DNA from: a virus
Lineage: Duplodnaviria; Caudoviricetes
Length of the DNA: 54,784 nt
Strand: one strand, 5' to 3'
IMG/VR virus record: IMGVR_UViG_3300042197_004232
Coordinates: 1-54,784 of that record
In this document: positions 1 through 8,485 of the stretch, in pieces
Layout: each line of letters starts with the position of its first letter
Position numbering within the stretch: the stretch's first letter is position 1
Program-made: the position numbers and the translations under genes
Notes under the pieces: generated by a model
The model's database searches: none
Told to the model about the DNA's origin: nothing
The model's input: only the letters and a program-made list of their open reading frames with translations

Positions 1-2
1 TG

Positions 3-467
3 TTCTCCGTCCGCTGGGAGTATCCTCCTGTTGAGCCGCCGCAGTACCTGATGACGTTCAACCCCGAGTTGTACGCGCAGGAACAGGGCCGGATTCAGCA
101 GCGGTTTGAAGCAGCCGTCATGATGGCCGAAGACGCGTTTGCCACGCAGTTGCAAGAGATGGTGGAACACCTGATCGAGCGGCTGACAGACGAGCCGGAT
201 GGTACGAAGAAGACGTTCAAAGCCGGCGCTATCGAGAACTTCAAAGAGTTTTACGAAAACTTCCGGCACATGAACGTCCGGTCGAACGCGCAACTGGAAG
301 GACTGATCCGGCAAGCCAATGACCTCGTCTCGGGCGTCGATGTCACAGACCTGCGCAAGAACGCCGATCTTCGGCAGAACCTGTCTCAGCAGATGACTGA
401 AGTAAAGACAGCGCTTGACGGTCTGATCACCAACGCGCCGCGGCGGCGTGTCATGCCCATGGGTTAA
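3..467 (+). CDS. 5'-truncated DUF3150-like protein of planctomycete mobile elements
   Basis: Frame open from base 3 (FSVRWEYPPVEPPQYLM...RSNAQL...PRRRV); resembles a family recalled from planctomycete elements. Confidence 0.6.
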   Translation, partial: FSVRWEYPPVEPPQYLMTFNPELYAQEQGRIQQRFEAAVMMAEDAFATQLQEMVEHLIERLTDEPDGTKKTFKAGAIENFKEFYENFRHMNVRSNAQLEGLIRQANDLVSGVDVTDLRKNADLRQNLSQQMTEVKTALDGLITNAPRRRVMPMG

Positions 468-468
468 A

Positions 469-1470
469 ATGGATGAACTGGTACCACAACTGACTTCCGG
501 CCCGGCAGTTGCGCAACTGCCTGAGCCCACCAAGATAGTTAAGATCAGGAAGAAACGCGCACCCAAACATGATTTCAAAGACGGAATCGGCCGCGTGTTC
601 GCCCACCGCCACGCCAACGGAAACGGCTGGGTTGCCGATACGGCGCGCGTCGAAGAGCAAGTCTATATCGGCCCGCGGGCCCAAGTGTACAACTACGCCT
701 GCGTCCGCGGACAGGTTCGGCTCGAAGGGCGCGCGCGGGTGTTTGGCCACGCAACGCTCGACGGGCGCGCCAGCGGTCGCGACAGCGGTATTGTTGTCAA
801 AACCAACGCGCAGGTGTACGGCAACGCGCTTATTCGGGATACGACGATTATTGCCGACGACGCCAGCGTCACCGGCAACGCCAGAATCAGCGGTAATTCG
901 CGCATATTCGGCCACGCCCATGTGTATCAAAGCGCAGAACTCATTTCGTGCGTGTTGAACGGGCGCGCCGACGTAAACGGCAACGCTATGGCCATCCGCA
1001 GTACGATTGTAGATGCAATCGTTAACGGTAGTTGCACGCTCTATGCCTCAACAATCAACGCTGTTGCAACTATCGGCGGTTTTGCCACACTGATTGAAAC
1101 ATCTGTTTTTTCGCACTGGACGGAAAACCCTGTGCTGATTCGCGGGCACGCTACGCTGACAAAAACCAACGTGTACAGCCCGATTGTTCTCGATGGGCAC
1201 TGCATCTGCAGCCACGTTAATTTTTATCTCAGCGGCGGCGGCACGCCGCTGATCGTCGACGGCAACCACATTCTTCGTGGCCGCACGTTTCACGACGCTG
1301 ACTCGTTGACGCGTGCATTGCAAAATCAATCCGCGCCAGAACAACCTCCGCCGCCTACCAATACCCCGCATATTCCCGTTGTGGCGGCAGGCAATAATCG
1401 CCAGCCGGTGCCACTCCAACCAACCCGCGGCCGACGCGTGCAACGGCTGGTAGAAATGGTAGCCTCATGA
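469..1470 (+). CDS. Left-handed beta-helix (hexapeptide repeat) protein
   Basis: NGNGWVADTARV followed by repeated A-x-V-x-G-x hexapeptides; Pro-rich tail. Confidence 0.75.
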   Translation: MDELVPQLTSGPAVAQLPEPTKIVKIRKKRAPKHDFKDGIGRVFAHRHANGNGWVADTARVEEQVYIGPRAQVYNYACVRGQVRLEGRARVFGHATLDGRASGRDSGIVVKTNAQVYGNALIRDTTIIADDASVTGNARISGNSRIFGHAHVYQSAELISCVLNGRADVNGNAMAIRSTIVDAIVNGSCTLYASTINAVATIGGFATLIETSVFSHWTENPVLIRGHATLTKTNVYSPIVLDGHCICSHVNFYLSGGGTPLIVDGNHILRGRTFHDADSLTRALQNQSAPEQPPPPTNTPHIPVVAAGNNRQPVPLQPTRGRRVQRLVEMVAS

Positions 1471-1730
1471 ATATCTTTGTGCGCCCAAACGGTTCTGCCC
1501 AGTGCCTTTACGGCGAAGCAATCCCGCTGGGCACATTAGGTGGTCTTGACATCCGCCGCGCCAGCCACGTAGAACCCGATCCGGCGCAGCCCGGGCACTG
1601 GTATGCAGACCTGTCGCCCGTCGGCGGTCCGTTCCTGCGCGGGTTTGCGTCGCGAGCGTCGGCCTTGGCGGCCGAAGAAGCGTGGCTCAACGAGCGCATG
1701 CAAACCCAGCACGTGCAGGCGCAACCATGA
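1467..1730 (+). CDS. Conserved hypothetical (CLYGEAI...IRRASHVEP...WYADLSPVGGP), planctomycete-type
   Basis: ATGA overlap with upstream gene; recognisable motif. Confidence 0.75.
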   Translation: MNIFVRPNGSAQCLYGEAIPLGTLGGLDIRRASHVEPDPAQPGHWYADLSPVGGPFLRGFASRASALAAEEAWLNERMQTQHVQAQP

Positions 1731-2089
1731 CAAACTGGATTCAGTGGGACATCGACGATTACGAAGCAGAAAATCCGCTGGGCATTCCGGCGAGTTTTGA
1801 CTTCAACATTTCGCTTGAATACGATCCCGGCGACCCCGGCTGTCAGTACGACGCAAACGGCGACGGATATCCGGGGCATAGCCCGAGCGCGGCAATTGCC
1901 GGTGCGGAATGCACGTCGATCGTGACAGAAGACGGCAAGACGCGGGCCCCGACCCGCGAAGAAAACACATTGCTGGAGCAGTGGTTGTTGTCAGTGCTTG
2001 ACATCGACAGAAAACTGCGACAGCAAATTGAGCAGTGCGGCCTTGACCAGTTATGTCTTGAGCCGGACTATGACGATTGGGACGATTGA
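1727..2089 (+). CDS. Hypothetical acidic protein
   Basis: ATGA overlap; MTNWIQWD... Confidence 0.7.
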   Translation: MTNWIQWDIDDYEAENPLGIPASFDFNISLEYDPGDPGCQYDANGDGYPGHSPSAAIAGAECTSIVTEDGKTRAPTREENTLLEQWLLSVLDIDRKLRQQIEQCGLDQLCLEPDYDDWDD

Positions 2090-2129
2090 CTGTGACCGAA
2101 AAGGTCACCTAACCATGGAAGAGGTTACG

Positions 2130-2435
2130 ATGCGTTTTGTTTTTGCTGCCCTGATTCTCAGCACGTTTAGTCTTGTTTGCGGCACGGAAGCCGGCGAGCA
2201 GCCTGTGAGCGTTCTCAACCACGGCCAGTCGACCCCGACTGCCGCCGTGGCTGCCAGTGAGGCCGCGCCACCTGCCGCCACGACCACGTGCCGGAACGGC
2301 CGCTGCTGCACAGGCCCGAATTGCCGGCTCTACAACGTAGAAGAGTCGGTGACCGAGTCGTGCCGCCCGCGAGTCTTTGGCGGCTACGTCAAGAAGAACA
2401 CGGCCCGGACGGTGTACCGCCCGGCTCGTCGGTAG
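2130..2435 (+). CDS. Small secreted Cys-containing protein
   Basis: GAGG RBS; signal peptide MRFVFAALILSTFSLVCGTEA; TCRNGRCC motif. Confidence 0.7.
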   Translation: MRFVFAALILSTFSLVCGTEAGEQPVSVLNHGQSTPTAAVAASEAAPPAATTTCRNGRCCTGPNCRLYNVEESVTESCRPRVFGGYVKKNTARTVYRPARR

Positions 2436-2463
2436 TTTTTGACGACTAAATAACTTTGCCACG

Positions 2464-2499
2464 GAGGGCATCGAGTGCGTACTCGGTGCCCTCTTTTTT
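2464..2499 (+). terminator. Rho-independent terminator
   Basis: GAGGGCATCGAGT-gcgt-ACTCGGTGCCCTC stem (one G-U pair) followed by T6. Confidence 0.85.
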
Positions 2500-2517
2500 C
2501 TTGTAAGAGATTTTGCC

Positions 2518-3027
2518 GTGTCTACGCCTCCTACTAATTTTAACGCCTATGACCTGCGCGCCCGGATCGAAACAGACACCGGCGCCCTTCGCGGACCAGA
2601 CCACATGACCCACGACGACGCCATTCAAACTGTTAAACAATTCTGCAAATTAGCGGCTTCCTACAACGTGATCACATTCTTCGGCTCGTACGACGGGTCT
2701 GGAGATTCGGGCGACATGGACATCAGCGTGACCACGCATGTGCCGGCGCCGCAAACTCCCGGCGCCAGCCGCAACGGCACAGGTGTCGAATCCGTCACCC
2801 AGCCATTTCGTCGGTGGCTCGATTATGTCACTGCCCTGCCCAACTCGCTTATCACAGAACAAGCCGGCACTCGCTTTGAGGCGGCCTGTTTTGAACTGTT
2901 GCCAATGGGCTGGGAAATCAACGACGGCAGTTACGGCGAATTGACCGTCCACGCCATAAACGAAGAGATCACGATCGAGCACAGTGAGCGATTTACTGAC
3001 GTGCGCCACGAAACCTTTAACTTCTAA
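2518..3027 (+). CDS. DUF6878-like protein
   Basis: YDGSGDSG and GWEINDGSYG motifs. Confidence 0.65.
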   Translation: MSTPPTNFNAYDLRARIETDTGALRGPDHMTHDDAIQTVKQFCKLAASYNVITFFGSYDGSGDSGDMDISVTTHVPAPQTPGASRNGTGVESVTQPFRRWLDYVTALPNSLITEQAGTRFEAACFELLPMGWEINDGSYGELTVHAINEEITIEHSERFTDVRHETFNF

Positions 3028-3040
3028 CTGGAGACAACCC

Positions 3041-3400
3041 ATGAAGTGGACTGACGTTCCTTCAACGATCGTGCTGGCCGCGGCAAACCTTTGCGACGGG
3101 CACAGCATCTTTGGCCCCGAACTTTTACTGGAAGCCGGCGTGCCCCAAGAACTGGTCGACCGGCACACGAGCAGTTACGAAAGCGATTTCAGCAATCCCA
3201 AGTATGTGATCTTTGACAACAAAACCGGCGAACCGGTCAAAGAGATGAAAGGCGTCTACGGCCTTGACGTACTGGCCGGCATCGTGCGCGATCTGGGCCT
3301 GTCTGCGCCGGAAAAGTTCGGTCGCGGCTTTCAGGCGCAGGTCTGGAAAGACGCGATTCAGGCGCATCTCAATCCAGAACCGGCGGCCACACAGTCATGA
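3041..3400 (+). CDS. Hypothetical protein
   Basis: GGAG RBS, ATG at 3041, overlaps next gene. Confidence 0.7.
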   Translation: MKWTDVPSTIVLAAANLCDGHSIFGPELLLEAGVPQELVDRHTSSYESDFSNPKYVIFDNKTGEPVKEMKGVYGLDVLAGIVRDLGLSAPEKFGRGFQAQVWKDAIQAHLNPEPAATQS

Positions 3401-3645
3401 GCGAGCCAAAACACATTCCGATTCTTGACGAAGAAACCGACGCCGAGATGGCCCCCGGGGCTGAAAGTACGTGGGTCGGCGTCGGTGACGATTTTTCTGT
3501 CTATATCAAACGCACGGCAGACGGCGTGGTTGTCGACATCTACGCCCGCGGGGCCGAAGACTGCGACGCGCTGGCCAGTTGTTACGCGTTTACGGCAGAC
3601 GCAAAGTTTGTGTACGAAGAAGAAGCCAAGAAAGACGAAGAGTGA
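3397..3645 (+). CDS. Hypothetical protein
   Basis: ATGA overlap; DGVVVDIY motif. Confidence 0.7.
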   Translation: MSEPKHIPILDEETDAEMAPGAESTWVGVGDDFSVYIKRTADGVVVDIYARGAEDCDALASCYAFTADAKFVYEEEAKKDEE

Positions 3646-4112
3646 GAACAAGAAAAAATAACACAGTAAAAAAACTAGAACCAAAAACATGCTATGTCGG
3701 GCAGCATGTTTACTGGCTCATGTGGGTCGATCCAAGTGCACGCGGAGAAGAACGAATCGGGTGGTATGCGTACAAAAAAGGTCGAGAACCTGAAATATGG
3801 ACAGACACCGTCAAGCGTATCACGTCGAAAAAAATATGGGTGCAAAATCACCCCAAAACAAACGCTAGACTGTATTCGTGCGAGCAAGACGCCATTACAG
3901 GCGCATACGAATTGTTTTGCGACATGTATCTGTCTAGCGGTGGGTTTTCCGTCTTTCAATTTATCCCGCGGCCAACGCTCGGCGAAGCCAGCGTAGTGCT
4001 GCGCAAACTGGCAGAACTGGAATTTAATTTAAACAACTCAGACTGCCGCGTCATAGTTGTAAACCGAACAGAAACGAAAGTTGGAAAATTTGAAAGCCAT
4101 AAATCGAGGTAA
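3642..4112 (+). CDS. Hypothetical protein (AT-richer)
   Basis: GTGA overlap; fills gap; start uncertain. Confidence 0.55.
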   Translation: MRTRKNNTVKKLEPKTCYVGQHVYWLMWVDPSARGEERIGWYAYKKGREPEIWTDTVKRITSKKIWVQNHPKTNARLYSCEQDAITGAYELFCDMYLSSGGFSVFQFIPRPTLGEASVVLRKLAELEFNLNNSDCRVIVVNRTETKVGKFESHKSR

Positions 4113-4115
4113 CAA

Positions 4116-4493
4116 ATGGCACACCCCTACCACCACTCCCTCTCTTCTGTGAAGAACTGGGGCGGCTGCGTGGATGACTACCAACGCATCCACGATTGGT
4201 TTGACGAATCCAAGGCCCACATGGCCGACTTTCGTCACCGCGCCCTCCGGCATCACTCGGAGGGTATTTTTATGGCCGAGAAAGTATTCGGCTCCACAAT
4301 CACCAATTCCGACGGCCGGGTCGTGCCGGTGCGCTACATCGCCGAACAGCACGTCAAGGAAGACTTGGGCTATATCCCGTCGATAGCCGACTGGTACGGC
4401 AACATCAAGCCGCAGCGCTGGATGCTGGGCCGAGGAAAGAATTTAGAAGACGAACTGGAGGAACAGAATGCCGACATGTGTGTTCAAAACTGA
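4116..4493 (+). CDS. DUF6915-like protein
   Basis: MAHPYHH...IHDWFDESK...RHRALRHH...EQHVKEDLG. Confidence 0.75.
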   Translation: MAHPYHHSLSSVKNWGGCVDDYQRIHDWFDESKAHMADFRHRALRHHSEGIFMAEKVFGSTITNSDGRVVPVRYIAEQHVKEDLGYIPSIADWYGNIKPQRWMLGRGKNLEDELEEQNADMCVQN

Positions 4494-4890
4494 CGACGTT
4501 CGGCGCTGCATCGAACACGCGCTGAACTCAGAGAACTGGGGTACGACGTTTGCCGACGCCGAAGAACCGCGGCAGCCGGGGCTGTTCTTCGTACACGATC
4601 AAGGCGTATACCTGATGTCCAACGGCAACCCGGGCGACAACGCATCCGGCGACCCGAATAATTTCTATGCCTATGTCGCCTACGCCAAGCACTGCAACCC
4701 CAAAACCGACGAAGACTGGTGGCACAACGCAGCCGACCTCGTGGGCGGCGACGACTTTGCCGAACTCCTTCCCATCACGAAAACATGGCTCGAAAAATGC
4801 GGCAAGTACGAAGAACTCGAAATCACCATTCAGGGAAACGAGATCAGTTGGGCCTTTGTAAAACCAAAACGAATCGTACAGGTCATGTAA
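4468..4890 (+). CDS. DUF3085-like protein
   Basis: VHDQGVYLMSNG, AYAKHCNP, GGDDFAE motifs; GGAGG RBS. Confidence 0.75.
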   Translation: MPTCVFKTDDVRRCIEHALNSENWGTTFADAEEPRQPGLFFVHDQGVYLMSNGNPGDNASGDPNNFYAYVAYAKHCNPKTDEDWWHNAADLVGGDDFAELLPITKTWLEKCGKYEELEITIQGNEISWAFVKPKRIVQVM

Positions 4891-5291
4891 AGCCAAAAGA
4901 TGTTTGGGCGCAAGCGGCGAAGAAGCCGCTATCGCGGACATCGCCCTGCGGGACCTATCAAGGGCCAATCGACCGAGGGTGCAATTATTTTGTCTTAATG
5001 CTGGAGCAGTTGGGCGCCGAGACGCACTACAGTTGCGAAGGCCATCCTGACAATTTCTACGTGTTGTTCGCCGCGTCGTACGAAACCGCACTGGCTATCG
5101 CCAACTGCGGCTACTTTATCGTCGAATTGGAAGGCGACTATTTGTGGAGCATCCGGATAAACCGGGCAGTCACAGACGCCGAACGCGTCTCCATCCTGAC
5201 GAACGCCGCCAAGGCGTGGGAAAAAGAACTGGGGCCATTAACAAATGCGTCGAGCAAGAAACTACCACGAAGCCGAGATGTTCATGCGTAG
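4884..5291 (+). CDS. Hypothetical protein with T-x-Y-SCEGH motif (start unresolved)
   Basis: Open frame fills the gap; no clear start codon near 4890. Confidence 0.5.
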   Translation, partial: HVKPKDVWAQAAKKPLSRTSPCGTYQGPIDRGCNYFVLMLEQLGAETHYSCEGHPDNFYVLFAASYETALAIANCGYFIVELEGDYLWSIRINRAVTDAERVSILTNAAKAWEKELGPLTNASSKKLPRSRDVHA

Positions 5292-5853
5292 CGGACTATT
5301 GTTTCGCTACGGACGCTACAACAACGGCTACCGCCTCTATTCACAAAAATTGTTTGCGGCGCCCGGCACATTTCTTTCTGGCCGACCGCAAACGTCGACG
5401 TACAATGTGTACTCATACGGCGAGCATTTTCCGTGCGCCATTGCTTTCTTTGCCGGTACGCCGCGTTATGACAGTAACCCGCGCGTAACATTTTTCAACA
5501 CGGGCACCTACAGCCAGACCACGGCCCGGCACATGAGCCTTGTGCGCGGCGTGTTCAGCGGCGGGCGTTCCGGGCAGACTATTCTCGCCGATAGCGAAGT
5601 CATGCAAGAACTCAGCGCTGAGTTGTTGCAAGAAAACTTCAAAACGGAACCTAATTTTGACGCGGTCTGCGAAACGTTTATTGGTCGCGCCCGTCTTCGC
5701 CGCAAACAGCGCGAACTTGACGACTACAACGCCGGACTGCACAAAGCTATTTCGCGGATTGTTCGGTCCCAGCCGCTAGCAATGCGACACGCATTTCTGC
5801 GTGCTGATATGGACGAAGCAAACCAACGATTGCAAAGAAGCCTGCCTGAATAA
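5278..5853 (+). CDS. Hypothetical protein
   Basis: YSYGEHF and YSQTTARH motifs seen in phage proteins. Confidence 0.65.
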   Translation: MFMRSGLLFRYGRYNNGYRLYSQKLFAAPGTFLSGRPQTSTYNVYSYGEHFPCAIAFFAGTPRYDSNPRVTFFNTGTYSQTTARHMSLVRGVFSGGRSGQTILADSEVMQELSAELLQENFKTEPNFDAVCETFIGRARLRRKQRELDDYNAGLHKAISRIVRSQPLAMRHAFLRADMDEANQRLQRSLPE

Positions 5854-5874
5854 GTCACACCACAGAGTAATCTT

Positions 5875-6339
5875 GTGTCAACCAACCCGACAATCGACAA
5901 AATCGCCTACATGATGGACCGCATGAGCGGTGACGACGAACTGACCGCCGACGATATGGAAGCCATGATCATCAAGGTGTTCGTCGCCAGTTTCGAATAC
6001 GAGCACGGCTTCGAAGCCGACCTGATCGCCGCGCTCGTCAACGCGCGCTACGTGCTGCTCTGCGACGAAAATACAAGCGACGACGATGACCCGCCGACGC
6101 TGACGGCAGCAGAAGCCGAAGCATGGTACGTAGCCTGCCAGAAGAAAATGTACATGGAAACCGGCGCCAACGAGTCGTACGCCGAAGAGTCAGCGTCGTG
6201 GCCGGACACCTTGCCGTTGCGCGCTGACTGGGATAAAGATTTCCTGCGGACGCTGGCCCGCAAAGAAGTGGCCCACCACCTCGTCGTGATAGACCAAATC
6301 CGAGCCGAAATGGAAAAGCGCGCCAACCATGAGCCTTGA
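5875..6339 (+). CDS. Hypothetical protein
   Basis: ORF in operon-like tiling. Confidence 0.65.
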   Translation: MSTNPTIDKIAYMMDRMSGDDELTADDMEAMIIKVFVASFEYEHGFEADLIAALVNARYVLLCDENTSDDDDPPTLTAAEAEAWYVACQKKMYMETGANESYAEESASWPDTLPLRADWDKDFLRTLARKEVAHHLVVIDQIRAEMEKRANHEP

Positions 6340-6700
6340 ATTCATCGCCCTGCTTTTAGACAACAATTCCGTCGTCAACGGGCGGCACGAAAGCGTGCGC
6401 GTTGCTGACACTATTCGAAACTGGGCGCGAGACCTGACCGAGTTTCAGGGGTTTCTTGCCGAAAAGAAGTTTCCCGCCGACTACAGCCTTTTCGTGCCGG
6501 ACTTTTGGCACATCGCCTATGGCGACGCCAAATGCCTGCCGGCTGAAGAAGCCGACGCGCTTTGGAGCAGCACCGTCAACGCGCGGGAGGCCGCCATGCC
6601 GTACCTCAAAGCCTACGAACTGGTTGTCACCCCGCACCCCGGCTCGCGGCTGCATTTGAGCCCAGACCCGGCCGAAAAACTAACAACGGAGCCCACATGA
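6329..6700 (+). CDS. Hypothetical protein
   Basis: Overlapping tiling. Confidence 0.65.
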   Translation: MSLEFIALLLDNNSVVNGRHESVRVADTIRNWARDLTEFQGFLAEKKFPADYSLFVPDFWHIAYGDAKCLPAEEADALWSSTVNAREAAMPYLKAYELVVTPHPGSRLHLSPDPAEKLTTEPT

Positions 6701-7011
6701 AAGTTCTTGAAACAATCGGCGACACGGCCTACGTGCAGTACCGTCACGCGCTGGCAAAACCGCTCGACAAGCCACTGTACACCACGATTAACTGGTTCGA
6801 ATTGGCCCAGCAGAAAGATGACTTGCTGCGCATCCTTGGTGGCGAGATACCGTACGTCAGTGCGCTCAAGCGACTCGAAGGACTCGTAACACTCATCGAC
6901 GCCATCCAAGATGACGCCGAAGCCGCAGGGCACCCCGTCGTGTGGGCGTGCCCTGTCTCAGAAGTGGATGAATGGTTTTCAGAAGAATCGGAGGCACGAC
7001 CCCATGAGTAA
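6697..7011 (+). CDS. Hypothetical protein
   Basis: ATGA overlap, GGAG RBS. Confidence 0.65.
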   Translation: MKVLETIGDTAYVQYRHALAKPLDKPLYTTINWFELAQQKDDLLRILGGEIPYVSALKRLEGLVTLIDAIQDDAEAAGHPVVWACPVSEVDEWFSEESEARPHE

Positions 7012-7498
7012 TGCTCTCGCAAAAATCTACAATCGGCAGCAAGAGGCTATTGCTGTCAAAACCCAAAAAGAGCAGGCCGCCCGAGACAAACAGCAGCGCG
7101 AAATAACCGCGTTTCAAAACTCGGGTATTCCGGCGCTCTTTATCGAACTTGCTGACGTACCGCTCGTCGATAATCGCGCATGCAGAACACTAGGCGACAG
7201 GGTATACTCTTATGGGGACCCACGCCGCAACAGTCGTTCGCGAGAACTGGCGCTGCACAGCGGCAGCGGGCAACGATGGTGGTGCGAAGAAAGTCCGGAC
7301 AGCGGCCTCATGCGTTACGCCTACGGCGACAACGGCGGCACGAATTATTATTCAACCGCCGAGGGGCCGTGGTTTGACTCGTTTCTTGAATACGTCGCGC
7401 GCGTTTGTGCCCCCGCGGCGATCGCACAACTCCATGGAGCACCCGCCGCAGTACCGCCCGCCAAATCCGGCAAGCGAAAACTGCAGCCTATTCAGTAA
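7004..7498 (+). CDS. Hypothetical protein
   Basis: GGAGG RBS, ATG at 7004. Confidence 0.7.
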   Translation: MSNALAKIYNRQQEAIAVKTQKEQAARDKQQREITAFQNSGIPALFIELADVPLVDNRACRTLGDRVYSYGDPRRNSRSRELALHSGSGQRWWCEESPDSGLMRYAYGDNGGTNYYSTAEGPWFDSFLEYVARVCAPAAIAQLHGAPAAVPPAKSGKRKLQPIQ

Positions 7499-7746
7499 TG
7501 GTCGCGCTTAATTCCAACAACGTACCCCCAGAGCATATTCTCGAATGGTGCCGAAATCTGGTGCGCACGCTCACAGACGGCGGCGTCTGGGGCATTCCAC
7601 GGTCCGGCACCGTGTTCCGCGTCGACAAGACAAATCAAACACTGGTGCTACTCAACGCCGGCAACGACGACGACTCCGACTTCTTCGCCACACAAGAAGT
7701 TTTTGGTTACATCGGCTGGAACGTTGTCCGCCATAACGAGCGCTAA
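7498..7746 (+). CDS. Hypothetical protein
   Basis: TAATG overlap; GGVWGIPRSG motif. Confidence 0.7.
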   Translation: MVALNSNNVPPEHILEWCRNLVRTLTDGGVWGIPRSGTVFRVDKTNQTLVLLNAGNDDDSDFFATQEVFGYIGWNVVRHNER

Positions 7747-7832
7747 TGCAGCGCCGCTTGCACCTCTCGGCTCGGCGGGCTACATTCTCCCCCGGCGGCT
7801 TAGGCTACCTATGTTTACACACAACACCAGCA

Positions 7833-8273
7833 ATGACTGCACGCACCACGGATGGACAAACGTCGGCGGCATCCTCTATTCCGCTCGCCGAATTTGAAGT
7901 TTTATGGTTTTCGTTAACGCCACTGCGCACCATTGCGCAAAAATTTAATACAACGCCTAACGGGTTGTACGCATTTGCCCGCCGGCATGGGCTGCCAACA
8001 GACCGCAGCGCGCAAACGCAGAATAATGTCATCAAAAAAGCGCGCAAAGCCCTTGCCAAAACGCGAAAAAAGCTAGACGATAGCGAAGATGACGCAGATG
8101 ATGACAGCGTCAATCCCTCACCTGAAGAGATCGAACGAATTACAGCCGAAATTCGCGACAGGTGGGACGAACACGATTTTCGCCGCAGCGTAGAACAAAC
8201 GCGCCGCCCGGTCAGTATGCGCACGTATTTGTTTGACGGACGCACCACATCGTTTGCTTTACTGGAGGACTAA
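7833..8273 (+). CDS. Putative HTH protein
   Basis: LRTIAQKFNTTPNGLYAFARRHGL helix-turn-helix-like; PSPEEI...IRDRW tail; start uncertain. Confidence 0.55.
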   Translation: MTARTTDGQTSAASSIPLAEFEVLWFSLTPLRTIAQKFNTTPNGLYAFARRHGLPTDRSAQTQNNVIKKARKALAKTRKKLDDSEDDADDDSVNPSPEEIERITAEIRDRWDEHDFRRSVEQTRRPVSMRTYLFDGRTTSFALLED

Positions 8274-8276
8274 ACC

Positions 8277-8474
8277 ATGCAATATGTTATCGTCGAAAAC
8301 GACAAATACGGGCGCACACACGCGTACCGCGAAACAAAAGCGCACTTTCAAGAAGCTGAAAAAGTACGCAAAGAACTCGGCATGCGCCGGCTGGACCCGG
8401 CGCTGCTTGACGAAGAAAGCGACTTGTCAGACTACGGAAAAGGCTGTTACTTCGTGTTTCGTTGTAAAAAATAA
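8277..8474 (+). CDS. Hypothetical protein
   Basis: GGAGG RBS. Confidence 0.65.
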   Translation: MQYVIVENDKYGRTHAYRETKAHFQEAEKVRKELGMRRLDPALLDEESDLSDYGKGCYFVFRCKK

Positions 8475-8485
8475 ACGGAGGCGCC

